Below, one piece after another: positions 24,175 through 35,550 of a stretch of 64,000 bases of DNA. The DNA lies in contig CATNEN010000001.1 of the NCBI GenBank assembly GCA_950097015.1, positions 8,246,001 to 8,310,000 on the forward strand, given 5' to 3'. The stretch's first letter is position 1; the number at the start of each line of letters is the position of its first letter. Position numbers and translations under genes: made by a program. This stretch comes from Macrostomum hystrix. Lineage: Eukaryota; Animalia; Platyhelminthes. The notes under the pieces were generated by a model. The model saw nothing but the letters and a program-made list of their open reading frames with translations, made no database searches and was not told the origin of the DNA.

Positions 24175-24820
24175 AGCAAAATGATTAGCTAAATTGGGTT
24201 CATTGCATAACAGAACTGAGATCATTGCTTAGCTAAATTGTGTTTGTGGCATAACAGAACTGAGAACATTGCTTAGCTAAATTGTGTTTGTGGCATAACA
24301 GAACTGAGAACATTGCTTAGCTAAATTGTGTTTGTGGCATAACAGAAGTGAGATCATTGCTTAGCTAAATTGTGTTTGGGGCATAACAGAAGTGAGATCA
24401 TTGCTTAGCCTAATTGGGTTCATTGCATAACAGAACTGAGATCATTGCTTAGCGTAATTGGGATCATTTGGCATAACTAAGTTGGGATCCTTGCATACTA
24501 AATTAGGATCATAGCAAACCAGAATTGGAATTATCGCATAATGAAATTGGGCTCATGGCATGATACGAATGGGATCATTGAAGAATGGAAAATTGGACTC
24601 ATTGTTCACCAGAATTATGATTAGTAAGAGGGGCGTCCGTAAGGTAATGAAAATTTTCTGCTACGAGTTGGGATCAAGGCAAACCAGAATAGGATCGGAT
24701 TGGGTTCCCAATAGCCAATTGGGTTTCCAACCCAATAGCTAAATTGGGTTCATAGCATAACAGAACTGAGATCATTGCTTAGCTAAATTGGGTTCATTGC
24801 ATAATAGAACTGAGATCATT
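24175..24820 (+). repeat. ~43-bp minisatellite and degenerate derivatives (gcttagctaaattgggttcattgcataacagaactgagatcatt)
   Basis: Also at ~18516-18660, 36380-36490, 45425-45510 and 46750-46945; target site of the nested TIR element. Confidence 0.85.
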
Positions 24821-25049
24821 CCCGGTGGGACATTTACTATACGCCCCTCTGTACGCCCCACTATGCGCCTTCCCACCAGGCACCGGTGGGTGGGCGTATA
24901 GTGGGGCGTACAGCGGGGCGCTGGTGGCCCACCAGTGTGGGGCGCGAGTTGGGGTGGGTGGGGGGTAAATAAAATTCGGGGCACATCCTCAAAATCTACT
25001 GTTAGTAGGCTGTGTTGTATTTTTTGAGCGCAGTAATTAATCGACCATT

Positions 25050-25330
25050 TTCAACTGTGGGATAATTGTCAACTGGGGGATCATTGTCAACTGGGGGATT
25101 ATTGTCAACTGGGGATCATCATCAATGGGTAGTCATCATCAAATGGAGGATCCTGGTCAACTGGGGGATCATGGTCAACTGGGGGATCATGGTCAACTGG
25201 GGGATGATTGTCAACTGGGGGATTATTGTCAACTGGGGGATCATTGTCAACTGAGGGATCATTGTCAACTGGGGGTCATTGTCAACTGGGGGATCATTGT
25301 CAACTTAGAGATCATTGTCAACTGGGGGAT
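25050..25330 (+). repeat. 18-bp minisatellite (gggggatcattgtcaact)
   Basis: Same unit as the array at 61852-64000. Confidence 0.92.
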
Positions 25331-25400
25331 CTTTGTAGCTATAAAAAAGCTGAAAATTATACAGCTGCTATAAAACATTTACTGGACAAGAATTAAAAAT

Positions 25401-25730
25401 AGGGTGAGAGGGAGATCACTAGAGTGAGATGGAGAGCAGTAGGGTGAGAGGGAGAGCAGTAGGGTGAGAGGGAGATCAGTAGGGTGAGAGGGAGAGCAGT
25501 AGGGTGAGAGGGAGATCAGTAGGGTGAGAGGGAGAGCAGTAGGGTGAGAGGGAGAGCAGTAGGGTGAGAGGGAGAGCAGTAGGGTGAGAGGGAGAGCAGT
25601 AGGGTGAGAGGGAGAGCAGTAGGGTGAGAGGGAGAGCAGTAGGGTGAGAGGGAGAGCAGTAGGGTGAGAGGGAGAGCAGTAGGGTGAGAGGGAGATCAGT
25701 AGGGTGAGAGGGAGAGCAGTAGGGTGAGAG
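25401..25730 (+). repeat. 20-bp minisatellite (agggtgagagggagagcagt), ~16 copies
   Basis: Directly visible. Confidence 0.95.
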
Positions 25731-26756
25731 GAAGTGTGGTAGTTAGATGCAGTAGATTTCGCAGGAATCCGAGTTGAGTTGTATTTACGAATGTTCCCAG
25801 GTGTACAGGGAAGTCAGTTATTTAAAGTTTTAATTAATTTTATTAATGCCATTAATGACATGATAAGTCAGAGAGAGATCAAAGAAAAGAAATTAAATTT
25901 TTAGTTTCGCATTAGTAGATTTCTCTCGTAGGCACCAGTTAAGTTTGGGATGCTTAGTCACTCTTTAATTGAGCATATATTTATAGACATATAGTACTGA
26001 CGTAATAGTCAGAGTCAAGATAAAATTTTCTAGTTGACTTTCCAGGTTAATAAGTTCGAGTGGAAATCATTTGAAATCATGAAACCAACTCAGTCGTGTA
26101 GTAAATCATTTCTAGATTGATTTTCAATTGAATCCGACTCGATAAGCTGTGCTCAAATCTATTGGGACACCGACGACAACAATGTACTTTTCATACGTAT
26201 GTTTCATTTTGTTGTATGCACGCCGTATATATAAAGCGGCAATCACTTTAAATAAATATAATTGAACATGCTCATGTAAATTTTCTATTCGTCACCGCTA
26301 TAAATGGTTTACGAATATGTCTCTTCTAGTCTCATTAAATACTTTTGACGCAGCTAAAGGTACAGATTTTTTTTCAATTTCAAAGCGAATATGGATATGA
26401 AACATGTTATAAATTGTAAATTTATAAATTGGAAGAGGGAGGGTGAGTAAAAGGGTTTTGAATATTAGAGGATTTAGAAATGTAAATTGATCTATTTGAG
26501 AAAGGTTCTAACAGGTACGAATAATATGACGATTTAAAGAGACGAAAATTGGATAGGAGCTTGGGATTGAGATTGAGCATTGAGCATTGAGATTGGGTTG
26601 TATCCTGTATTCTGTAAGCTGTATCCATTAGGGGAATATGCGATACGAATTGCATATTTAAATGGGCGGCATAAATCGAGCGGCATAAATCGAGCGGCAA
26701 CCAATGAGAATTCGACTTAAAGTGAGTGCTCTATTGGTCCTCAGTCCTCAGTCCTC

Positions 26757-27246
26757 AGAAGTGGCTCAGTGACGGCTTCAGGTCCAAGAAGTGGCTCGGT
26801 GATGGCTTCAGGTCCAAGAAGTGGCTCGGTGACGGCTTCAGGTCCAAAAAGTGGCTCGGTGACGGCTTCAGGTCCAAGAAGTGGCTCGGTGATGGCTTCA
26901 GGTCCAAGAAGTGGCTCAGTGATGGCTTCAGGTCCAAGAAGTGGCTCGTTGACGGCTTCAGGTCCAAGAAGTGGCTCGGTGACGGCTTCAGGTCCAAGAA
27001 GTGGCTCGGTGACGGCTTCAGGTCCAAGAAGTGGCTCGGTGATGGCTTCAGGTCCAAGAAGTGGCTCGGTGATGGCTTCAGGTCCAAGAAGTGGCTCGGT
27101 GATGGCTTCAGGTCCAAGAAGTGGCTCGGTGATGGCTTCAGGTCCAAGAAGTGGCTCGGTGACGGTTTCAGGTCCAAGAAGTGGCTCGTTGACGGCTTCA
27201 GGTCCAAGAAGTGGCTCGGTGATGGCTTCAGGTCCAAGAAGTGGCT
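26757..27246 (+). repeat. 30-bp minisatellite (gtggctcggtgayggcttcaggtccaagaa), ~16 copies, between ~300-bp direct repeats
   Basis: Directly visible; flanks ~26436-26740 and ~27308-27650 are near-identical. Confidence 0.95.
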
Positions 27247-28114
27247 TGGGAGAGAAGGAAGGAGAGGGGGAAGGACAGGGAAGGAGAGAGGGAAGGAGAG
27301 AGGGTGGAAGAGGGAGGGTGAGTAAAAGGGTTTTAAATATTAGAGGATTTCGAAATGTAAATTGATCTATTTGAGAAAGGTTCTAACAGGTACGAATAAT
27401 ATGACGATTTAAAGAGACGAAAATTAGATAGGAACATAAGTTCGTGTTTAACTTACAATCGGCAGTTGAATGTCGGTCACATCCCAAGCTGTATCCATTG
27501 AGATTGGGTTGTATCCTGTATCCTGTAAGCTGTATCCATTAGGGGAATATGCGATACGAATTGCATATTTAAATGGGCGGCATAAATCGAGCGGCATAAA
27601 TCGAGCGGCAACCAATGAGAATTCGACTTAAAGTGAGTGCTCTATGGTCCTCCTTCTAATTGGTTGCTGGGTTGGACATAGTTTAATTCGATTCATTTTA
27701 TTCTTCGTTTGAATAATTGATTAATTGTTAAGGGGATGAATAGGGAGAATTGGGTGATATTGGGTTAGACTGCATGAGATTTAGTGAGATTGAGGGACAT
27801 TGGATTGTTATGGGAGAGAAAGGGTGAGATTGGGTTAGATTGAGTGAGATTGGGTTAGATTGAGTGAGATTAAGTGAGATTGGGTGAGATAGAGTGAGGT
27901 TGAGTGAGATGGGTGAGGTGGCGTTAGGTGAGGTGGCAAACAAAGCGTTTCTTTAGGGTAGCATATAGATAGCTTACATTGTAACTTGGCTAGCTGTCTA
28001 AAGCGGATACATGCACCCACAATATTTTTTCCAACAACTATAAGCAACAAAGCGGAAGCGGCCAAGAGTAATATTAACTGCTTCCTCTTAGAGGCTGTGC
28101 CAGACACTGGGACC

Positions 28115-29089
28115 ATGAATTTTGATAGCCGAAATACAACTGAATCCCTAAAGGTAAATCTATGATTCAAGACAGTGACTGGTAGTTCTATGGGAGACTG
28201 GGTATCTCGTAGATTTTCTAGGTAGCTAGCTCATAGCTAGAAAGACAGTTACTATAGCAACACTTTATTGCGGAGACTGGCTAGATTGTCTAGCTATGGG
28301 ACACGCTGTCTAGATTGATTGTTCACGGGAGACAAGCTAATCGCAAACTCATTTAATTCTTACCAGCCCGTCGATGACCTGAGCGGTCTAGACGCCTTGG
28401 ACTTCACCGTGATGCGCCGTGAATTCGGTGACCTCCAATCTTACGACAGCGCTGCCCTCTTCGATCTCTATAAGCCGGTTGCCGACGAAGATGCCACGGG
28501 GGCCATGAGCGCATCAGAGTGCTTCGCAGGCAAAAATGAGCAGCATACCATCAGGTCCATCGGACAGCAACAGCATCAGCAGCAGCTGCCTCCGATTGAT
28601 AGCTTCCTTTGGTTGGTTCCTTCGCATCTCCCAACGCATGTGCAGCCACCAGGCGTCATAAAAAGAACAAGGAAGAAGCGTGCTGGCATCGGTGAGTTTT
28701 TTTGAGCTGCGAAAATTTGGGATTTGGGAATCTTTAGTATTTACCAAAAATTAGCTATTAAAACTTAACATTGCCCAATCTCAGACAGGAATTTTTGGCT
28801 GTGGGAGTTTCTGTACCACTTACTCGAAACTCCGTCTGTCGCTGACCTGTCGCCACCATGCTTGCGCTGGGAGAACAAGCTGGAGGGCATTTTCCAAATT
28901 GTAAACCCAACCGGCCTAGCAGAGGCCTGGAGCAGTCACAAGCGGCGGGACATGAGCTTTGAAACGATGAAGCGAGCGCTGAGGCATTACTACGAGGACA
29001 AGCTTATCACCAAGACCCACCCAAGAGACAAGCACTTTTACAAATTTCACTTCGACCACGAGAAAGTAAAACTTTTTTTAGAAAAATGA
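28115..29089 (+). CDS. ETS-domain transcription factor (ELF/E74-like), ~222 aa (exons 28115-28153, 28367-28691, 28785-29089)
   Basis: Spliced in frame to WLWEFLYHLL...LRWENKLEGIFQIVNPTGLAEAW...MSFETMKRALRHYY...FYKF, the ETS signature. Exon 1 is less certain than exons 2-3. Confidence 0.85.
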
Positions 29090-31123
29090 GTTAGACAAAA
29101 TGACACCCAAATCAGAAATCCCATAATTTAATTACCTCAGAAATCCCTACGTTGCCCTAGAAATCACATGATCCAGACAAATAGACGATGACTCAATTAC
29201 ATCACGGATTGTCTGATTGTCAGTTGCGCTACTTCACTCATGTAAACAAGTATGAGATCTGAAATGTCCAGCTAGCGGTGTACTGCAGTATTAAATATGA
29301 ATTGGGTTTTGTTTTTCTTGCTTTTTTATTTTAAGTGTAACACTACCTGTGCTAGCTTGTTTGCTTATGGGGTTTGTTTTTAGATAAGGCACATTTGGGG
29401 GAATCTAGGCTGAACATGACATCTAAAACCACAGATAGGAATTCTAGAACAGAATTCATTTCACGAGTGAAGCGGGGATGCACATTACCCAACAATACCT
29501 TAGAAATCACATGATCCAGACAATGACTCAGAATTAAAGTACGGATTGTCCGATTCTCAGTTGCGTTACTTCACTCATGAAAACTATTTTTTCTTACGGA
29601 TATGTTTTGTTCTGTTTTCTCGTGTTTTCTCATATTCCCCATGCATGACTTATCATCTGTAATTAAACCTTGATTTTGAAGACATGTAATTAAGACAGAC
29701 TGTTTCCTATAAAAGTATGAGATAACTACAAGTACTTATAAATGCTATATAAATGCTACTTATAAATACTATTATTAAACCAATTGTTGCTGCACATTAT
29801 TTCATAAACTACAACAAACAAAACAAAAAGATTATTCAACCTTGTTGCGAGCGCAGCCGTTGAACTCCATTGACATGAAATGAGTCCGTGAAGGTCGCTG
29901 ATCGTTATCTAACCTGCTAAACTCGGCCAGATACAGCTCGCCGGGATGCTGGGCCAACTGCTACTCGACGCTGAGTAGCTGATTGAATTAGAATAGACAC
30001 TAATATCAATGTCATCCGCAGCTTCCGTTTCTTGACACGCCTGACCGTGTACCAGGCGTCAGGTGTTCATGGAGAACGTCTGGAAAAAATATGGAATGTT
30101 TCAAAACCAATTTACATATTTATCTTTGTCTATAACGATTGCCTGTAATCAGATGGGAAGCATGCTAATCTTTTAAGTGAGCTAGCTTAAGGGTCGGAGA
30201 GTAAATGTTAGTAGCAGCTTAGTATAAATGTTAGTTGAAATGAAAAAATGAACTTTTGCTACGAATTGTAGCAAACTCTTAGCTACAGGGACACAGAGGT
30301 CAGATGGTAAGCATGCGAATCTTTTAAGTGTTAGCCGGCTTAAGGGTCGGAGGGTAAATGTTAGTAGCAGCTTAGTATAAATGTTAGTAGAAATGAAAAA
30401 ATGTACTTTTGCTACGAATTGTAGCAAAGCAGGCAAGCAAAGCAAGTGAGCAAGTGCAGGAACACGAAGCAAGGAGTGCTCGATAAATATGTTGGTTATC
30501 ATGCTAAGCTAATGCTATAAGAAGCTAAACATTTAGGCTGTGCATCAAGCTAATAAATAAATATGAGTGAAATAAAGGAAGACAACAAGCAAAGATGTAT
30601 TCCAAAATATTCAAATTCAAATTCAGATTTAGCCATTTTAGCCATTTAGCCAATTCAAATTTCAGAAATGCGCGATCTGAAATGACGAAGTGGGAGGTTT
30701 CGAGGTGTGTTAGCAGCTTGTTATTGGACAGCATGAAGGTGGAGTGAGGGGTTATCTTCGTACGCAGTTGCTATCTGCTTCATAAAATTTGCAGATAAAC
30801 TTGCTATAAAGCTCATGCAACTTTCTGGTTAAACACGAACACGACAAGACACGACACATGACATTATGGCTACAATCATAATGAATGTGAGTACATTTTG
30901 CTACGTTGTAATATTGCATTAGCATTGTAGTGTGACAATCGCATTTTGATAAATTGTGCTATAATGGCTAAAAGTAAATATTGTTTTACCAGAGTCAATG
31001 AAAACTTACACCTGCAAACGGGTATAATTTTACTACTATAGCGCTTATTTAAAGAATTAACGATTAAGGATTAAGAATTAAGGAATAAAGGTATCACATA
31101 TAGGTAGCTTAGACAAACCTCAT

Positions 31124-31287
31124 TTATTTCTTTGCCGGTTGGGGAGGGCACCGGGGCCTGGGCCTCGGCGGTGTAAAATTGGTAGCCGCCCCGGCCCCTC
31201 CCTTTTCCTTCCACCACTGGACCTTCGACTGATCTGATCCCACCGTGGTGGGCAGCAGCTGCCACGGGCTGCTCGGAGTCTGAGTCG

Positions 31288-31339
<52 letters not shown>

Positions 31340-31390
31340 AATATCTATATTCGTTCTTTCCAATTCTTTATATTCTTTCCAATAGTCCAA
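31124..31390 (-). CDS. putative polyQ micro-protein, copy 2
   Basis: Paralog of 14540-14800 with a different N-terminus. Confidence 0.35.
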
Positions 31391-34360
31391 TATTCCAATA
31401 TTCTTTCCAATAATAGTCCAATAGTCTGAAAATTGAATTGGTATTGGTAACTATAATTGGTAATTGGTAATTGGTAACTTGGTAATTGGTAATTGGTAAC
31501 TGGCATTGAGAACTGGTAAGGCTTGGCTAATCATTTGTTGTAAAGTGTTTGCTAGGTACCCAACCCAAAATTGTTGGTTAGCTCCTGCAAAGCAATAACA
31601 ATTGATCCCAATGTACACTAGAGTTATATAACTTTGCTCTGAAATTTCCTTATAATGACTATTTATTTATCAACTTTATTTTACCAGGTCTTTATCACAC
31701 TGGCTCACTAGCTGGAATTGTGGCATCTGGTTGTCTTCACTCTCATGGTATAGCTAAGGGCATATGAGAACTAATCACATATGATTAAAGGCTATGGTAA
31801 GTGCTTGAGTACATAATCATTTCTCAGTGTTAGCCCAACCCAGCCCAAGATACCAACACACAATTGCTGGTTGCTTGAGCTCTTAGTTTTGATAATGCAT
31901 GCACAGTAGTTTGCCTTGAGCTATTGGTTTTGAGACTGCATGAGCAGTAGTTTGCCTTAAAACTGCTGTTTATCAAATCCTCTCCTCTTCTCCTCTCCCC
32001 CCTCCTCTTCTCCTCGAGCTCCTCTCCCCCCTCCTCTCCCCCTCTCCCCTCCTTTCCTCTGCTCTTCTTTCCTCTCTTCTTTCCTCTCCTCTTCTCCTCT
32101 CCCCCCTCCTCTTCTCCTCGAGCTCCTCTCCCCCCTCCTCTCCCCCTCTCCCCTCCTTTCCTCTGCTCTTCTTTCCTCTCTTCTTTCCTCTCCTCTTCTC
32201 TTCTGCCTTTATTCTCCTCTTCTTTTCTTGTTTCTATAAGCAATATAAGTGATCCTAGTGTACACTAGAGTTATTTGGTCTAGTACAGTTATATAACTTT
32301 GCTCTGAAATTTCCTTATAATGACTATTTATTTATCAACTTTATTTTACCAGGTCTTTATCACACTGGCTCACTAGCTGGAATTGTGGCTTCTGGTTGTC
32401 TTCACTCTCATGGTATAGCTAAGGGCATATGAGAACTAATCACATATGATTAAAGGCTATGGTAAGTGCTTGAGTACATAATCATTTCTCAGTGTTAGCC
32501 CAACCCAGCCCAAGATACCCAACACACCAATTTTTTGCTGGTTGCTTGAGCTCTCAGTTTTGATAATGCACGCACAGCAGATTGCCTTGAGCTATTGGTT
32601 TTGATACTGCATGAGCAGTTGTTTGCCTTGAAACTGCTGTTTATGAAATTCCTCTAGCTAGTGACTATTTATTTATGAACACTATTTTCCCCAGGTCTTT
32701 ATAACACTAGCTAGAATTGTGGCATTGCTAGCTATCTTTACTGAGTTATCTGATGTACTAGAGTGTACACTTGAGCTATCAGATCTTGTACATTTATGCT
32801 CAAGCCCCATACACAGTTCATACCAGCCCTGTATAATTACCTCAATTGTGGTCCTATTTAACCTAATATAGCTAACAATCCTTTATAAGCTCTTATCAGC
32901 CTTCTGCCCCTTCTTGCCTAGCTATAGATCTAAATACAAACAGCAAACCAACTGTCTCACCTCTCACACCTAACAGGACAAGGAGAGCCTATCTAACAGG
33001 ACAAGGAGTCCCAAGAATCCTAGTCTGGTGTTGAAGCTGAATGGCCAACAATCAACAACAGCCTGTTGAGTGCCAACCAAAAAGACATGATTGACTAACT
33101 GTGAATAAACTAATCTTGTTCTGAATGCCTTTATGAATATTGATTAAACTGAGGCCCTCTTTTTATCCCTAGTTGACATTTCAAAATTTGCTAATATAGA
33201 TAAACACAGAACTTGAGCTGCTATAAGAGACTTAAAGGTAAAAAGGTAAAAATGTGCCTTCTGTAAAAACTGTAGCTACAGTGCATAAATATTTCAGAAC
33301 CTATACACAAACTTCATAAGAACACACTTTGCTGCTGTATTCATATAACATACTCTAAATACAAATGCCAACTCAAATAATTATGACATGGCTGAAATTC
33401 CTAGCAATTAAATGCTTGAAATAATAATTAGCTTTGCAAAATAAACTTTCCCTATGTTTCGTGAAGAAATGGCAGGAAAAAATCTCATGAGTCTTTGTAT
33501 TTATTTCGTCTTGTCTAATTAATTTCAGTGTCAACTTATGTTTATCGGTTTGAAATTTCACACGTGCATTAGATTAACGGAGAGAAAGTGAAAGTGAAAA
33601 CAAAGGTTTTCAGTGCATTGCAGCTTAAAAAGTGATTTGCTCAAGCCAAAATAAATGTGAATTCTCAAATTCTACGTTTGAGAAATATGTGATATATGAA
33701 ATATGTTTCTGATTTTCTAACTATTGCTGTGTGACTGGCTTTTTGAAGGACAAAAACACTTTTTCACTGGCTGTTGTTAAGCCAAAGTGGCGTCAAGACT
33801 GACAATGCCGTAGGAAATTAGCGCTGTACATTATGAAAATTCTAACTACAACTGTGTAATGCTGCTGCAGTTCTAAATATCAATTCGGTTTTGGTTTTCT
33901 CGCTTTTTAATTTTATAAAACAAAATATTTTTACGAAGATCAAGCTGCTGGCTGCAGAAGTGTTCAGTCCATGGACTGGGGTTACGCCATGCTGACCCTT
34001 ATCTAAAAATTCTGAAGTTTGTTTTCTCAAAGGGAACAACGACTCAGAGAACTTAAAGCCCGTCAGAACTTCAGAATAAGCCGCCTGTCCACCTGTGTTG
34101 ACAGTCATTTTTTTATTCACACGCTCGTTGCAACGAAGATGATCTATCTAATTGTTTGCTTATGAAGTTTGTTTTTAGATAAGGCACATTTGGGAGAATC
34201 TAGGCTGAACATGACAGCTAAAACTGCAGAACATTCTAGAACATTCTGGAACAGAATTCATTTCACGAGTGAAGCGGGGATAGAGGAAAGGAAAGGGGGG
34301 TTGGCGGTGCCGGGGGTACTTATAAAATTATAAACTCGGCCGGTCGATTTCGAAATTTCG

Positions 34361-34726
34361 ATGGAGCTCCGAAATAAAACACGAACCACGCGCCCAGTAG
34401 AGTTGATGGAGCATAGGAGAATCAGCAAGCAGGTGATGGAGCAGCAGCGCAGAGCCAGAATTAATGCCAGCTTGGACAGACTCAAAGAGCTGCTGCAGGC
34501 CAACAAGGTGATAAAACCGTACCGGATTAAGCGCCTAGAGAAGGCCGACATCCTGGAGCTGACTGTGGAGCTGCTGCTGAATGGCTCAGCCAAGACTCAA
34601 TCTACGGCCATGAGCTTCTGCTGCAAGTCTTCGGCCTCATCAACGGTGTCGGCTTTGTCTACTGACGAAGAATCTAGCCAGTCGATGGACCAGGAGGGAG
34701 CCCAGCCTGTGTGGCGTCCTTGGTAA
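34361..34726 (+). CDS. Hairy/E(spl)-like bHLH-WRPW protein, copy 2 (121 aa, intronless, no Orange domain evident)
   Basis: RRISKQVMEQQRRARINASLDRLKELL...RLEKADILELTVE; C-terminal WRPW; TATAAA at 34321; CACGAG (N-box) at 34264. Confidence 0.9.
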   Translation: MELRNKTRTTRPVELMEHRRISKQVMEQQRRARINASLDRLKELLQANKVIKPYRIKRLEKADILELTVELLLNGSAKTQSTAMSFCCKSSASSTVSALSTDEESSQSMDQEGAQPVWRPW

Positions 34727-34824
34727 CCGGCCCCTGGCAACAGCATCCGGCATTCCAGCATAAGTCAACTTAGTTAATTAGTTTCGTCGTTTTTTTATTT
34801 AGTTGTCATGGACTGATTGTCCCC

Positions 34825-35550
34825 CAAACTGAGGATCTGGGATTGTCACGAAACTGAGGATCTGGGATTGTCACGAAACTGAGGATCTGGGATTGTCACC
34901 AAACTGAGGATCTGGGATTGTCACCAAACTGAGGATCTGGGATAATTGTCATTAAACTGAGCTTTAAATTTTTATATATTTTTGTATCATTGTATCGTTG
35001 TATCGTATCAATGTTGTATCATTGTTGTTGTGTTGTATCAGTGTTGTATCAAGGCTTAGTTCATTTCATTGTTTAAAACTTTTTATCTGGGGGATTATCA
35101 CCAATCTGGGATTGTCCCAAACTGAGGATCTGGGATTGTCACCAAACTGAGGATCTGGGATTGTCCCAAACAGAGGATCTGGGATTGTCACCAAACAGAG
35201 GATCTGGGATTGTCACCAAACTGAGGATCTGGGATAATTGTCATTAAACTGAGCTTTAAATTTTTATATATTGTTGTATCATTGTATCGTTGTATCGTAT
35301 CAATGTTGTATCATTGTTGTTGTGTTGTATCAGTGTTGTATCAAGGCTTAGTTCATTTCATTGTTTAAAACTTTTTATCTGGGGGATTATCATCAATCTG
35401 GGATTGTCACCAAACAGAGGATCTGGGATTGTCACCAAACTGAGGATCTGGTATAATTGTCATTAAACTGAGCTTTAAATTTTTATATATTGTTGTATCA
35501 TTGAATCGTTGTATCGTATAAATATTGTATCATTGTTGTTGTGTTGTATA
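34825..35550 (+). repeat. 25-bp repeats (aaactgaggatctgggattgtcacc) within a triplicated block
   Basis: Directly visible downstream of Hes copy 2. Confidence 0.85.

Noticed and set aside
26726-27365. Repetitive ORFs (KKWLGDGFRS)n and CRISPR-like appearance
   Set aside because: A stop-free 30-bp minisatellite open in several frames; no unique spacers and no cas genes.
31830-32243. Glu/Arg/Gly-rich 137-aa ORF
   Set aside because: Arises from a CT-rich low-complexity insert inside a local duplication.
34960-35477. Three AGCTTTA (Brd-box-like miRNA sites) downstream of Hes copy 2
   Set aside because: A single 7-mer copied by a local triplication in AT-rich DNA, and not seen just downstream of copy 1; too weak.
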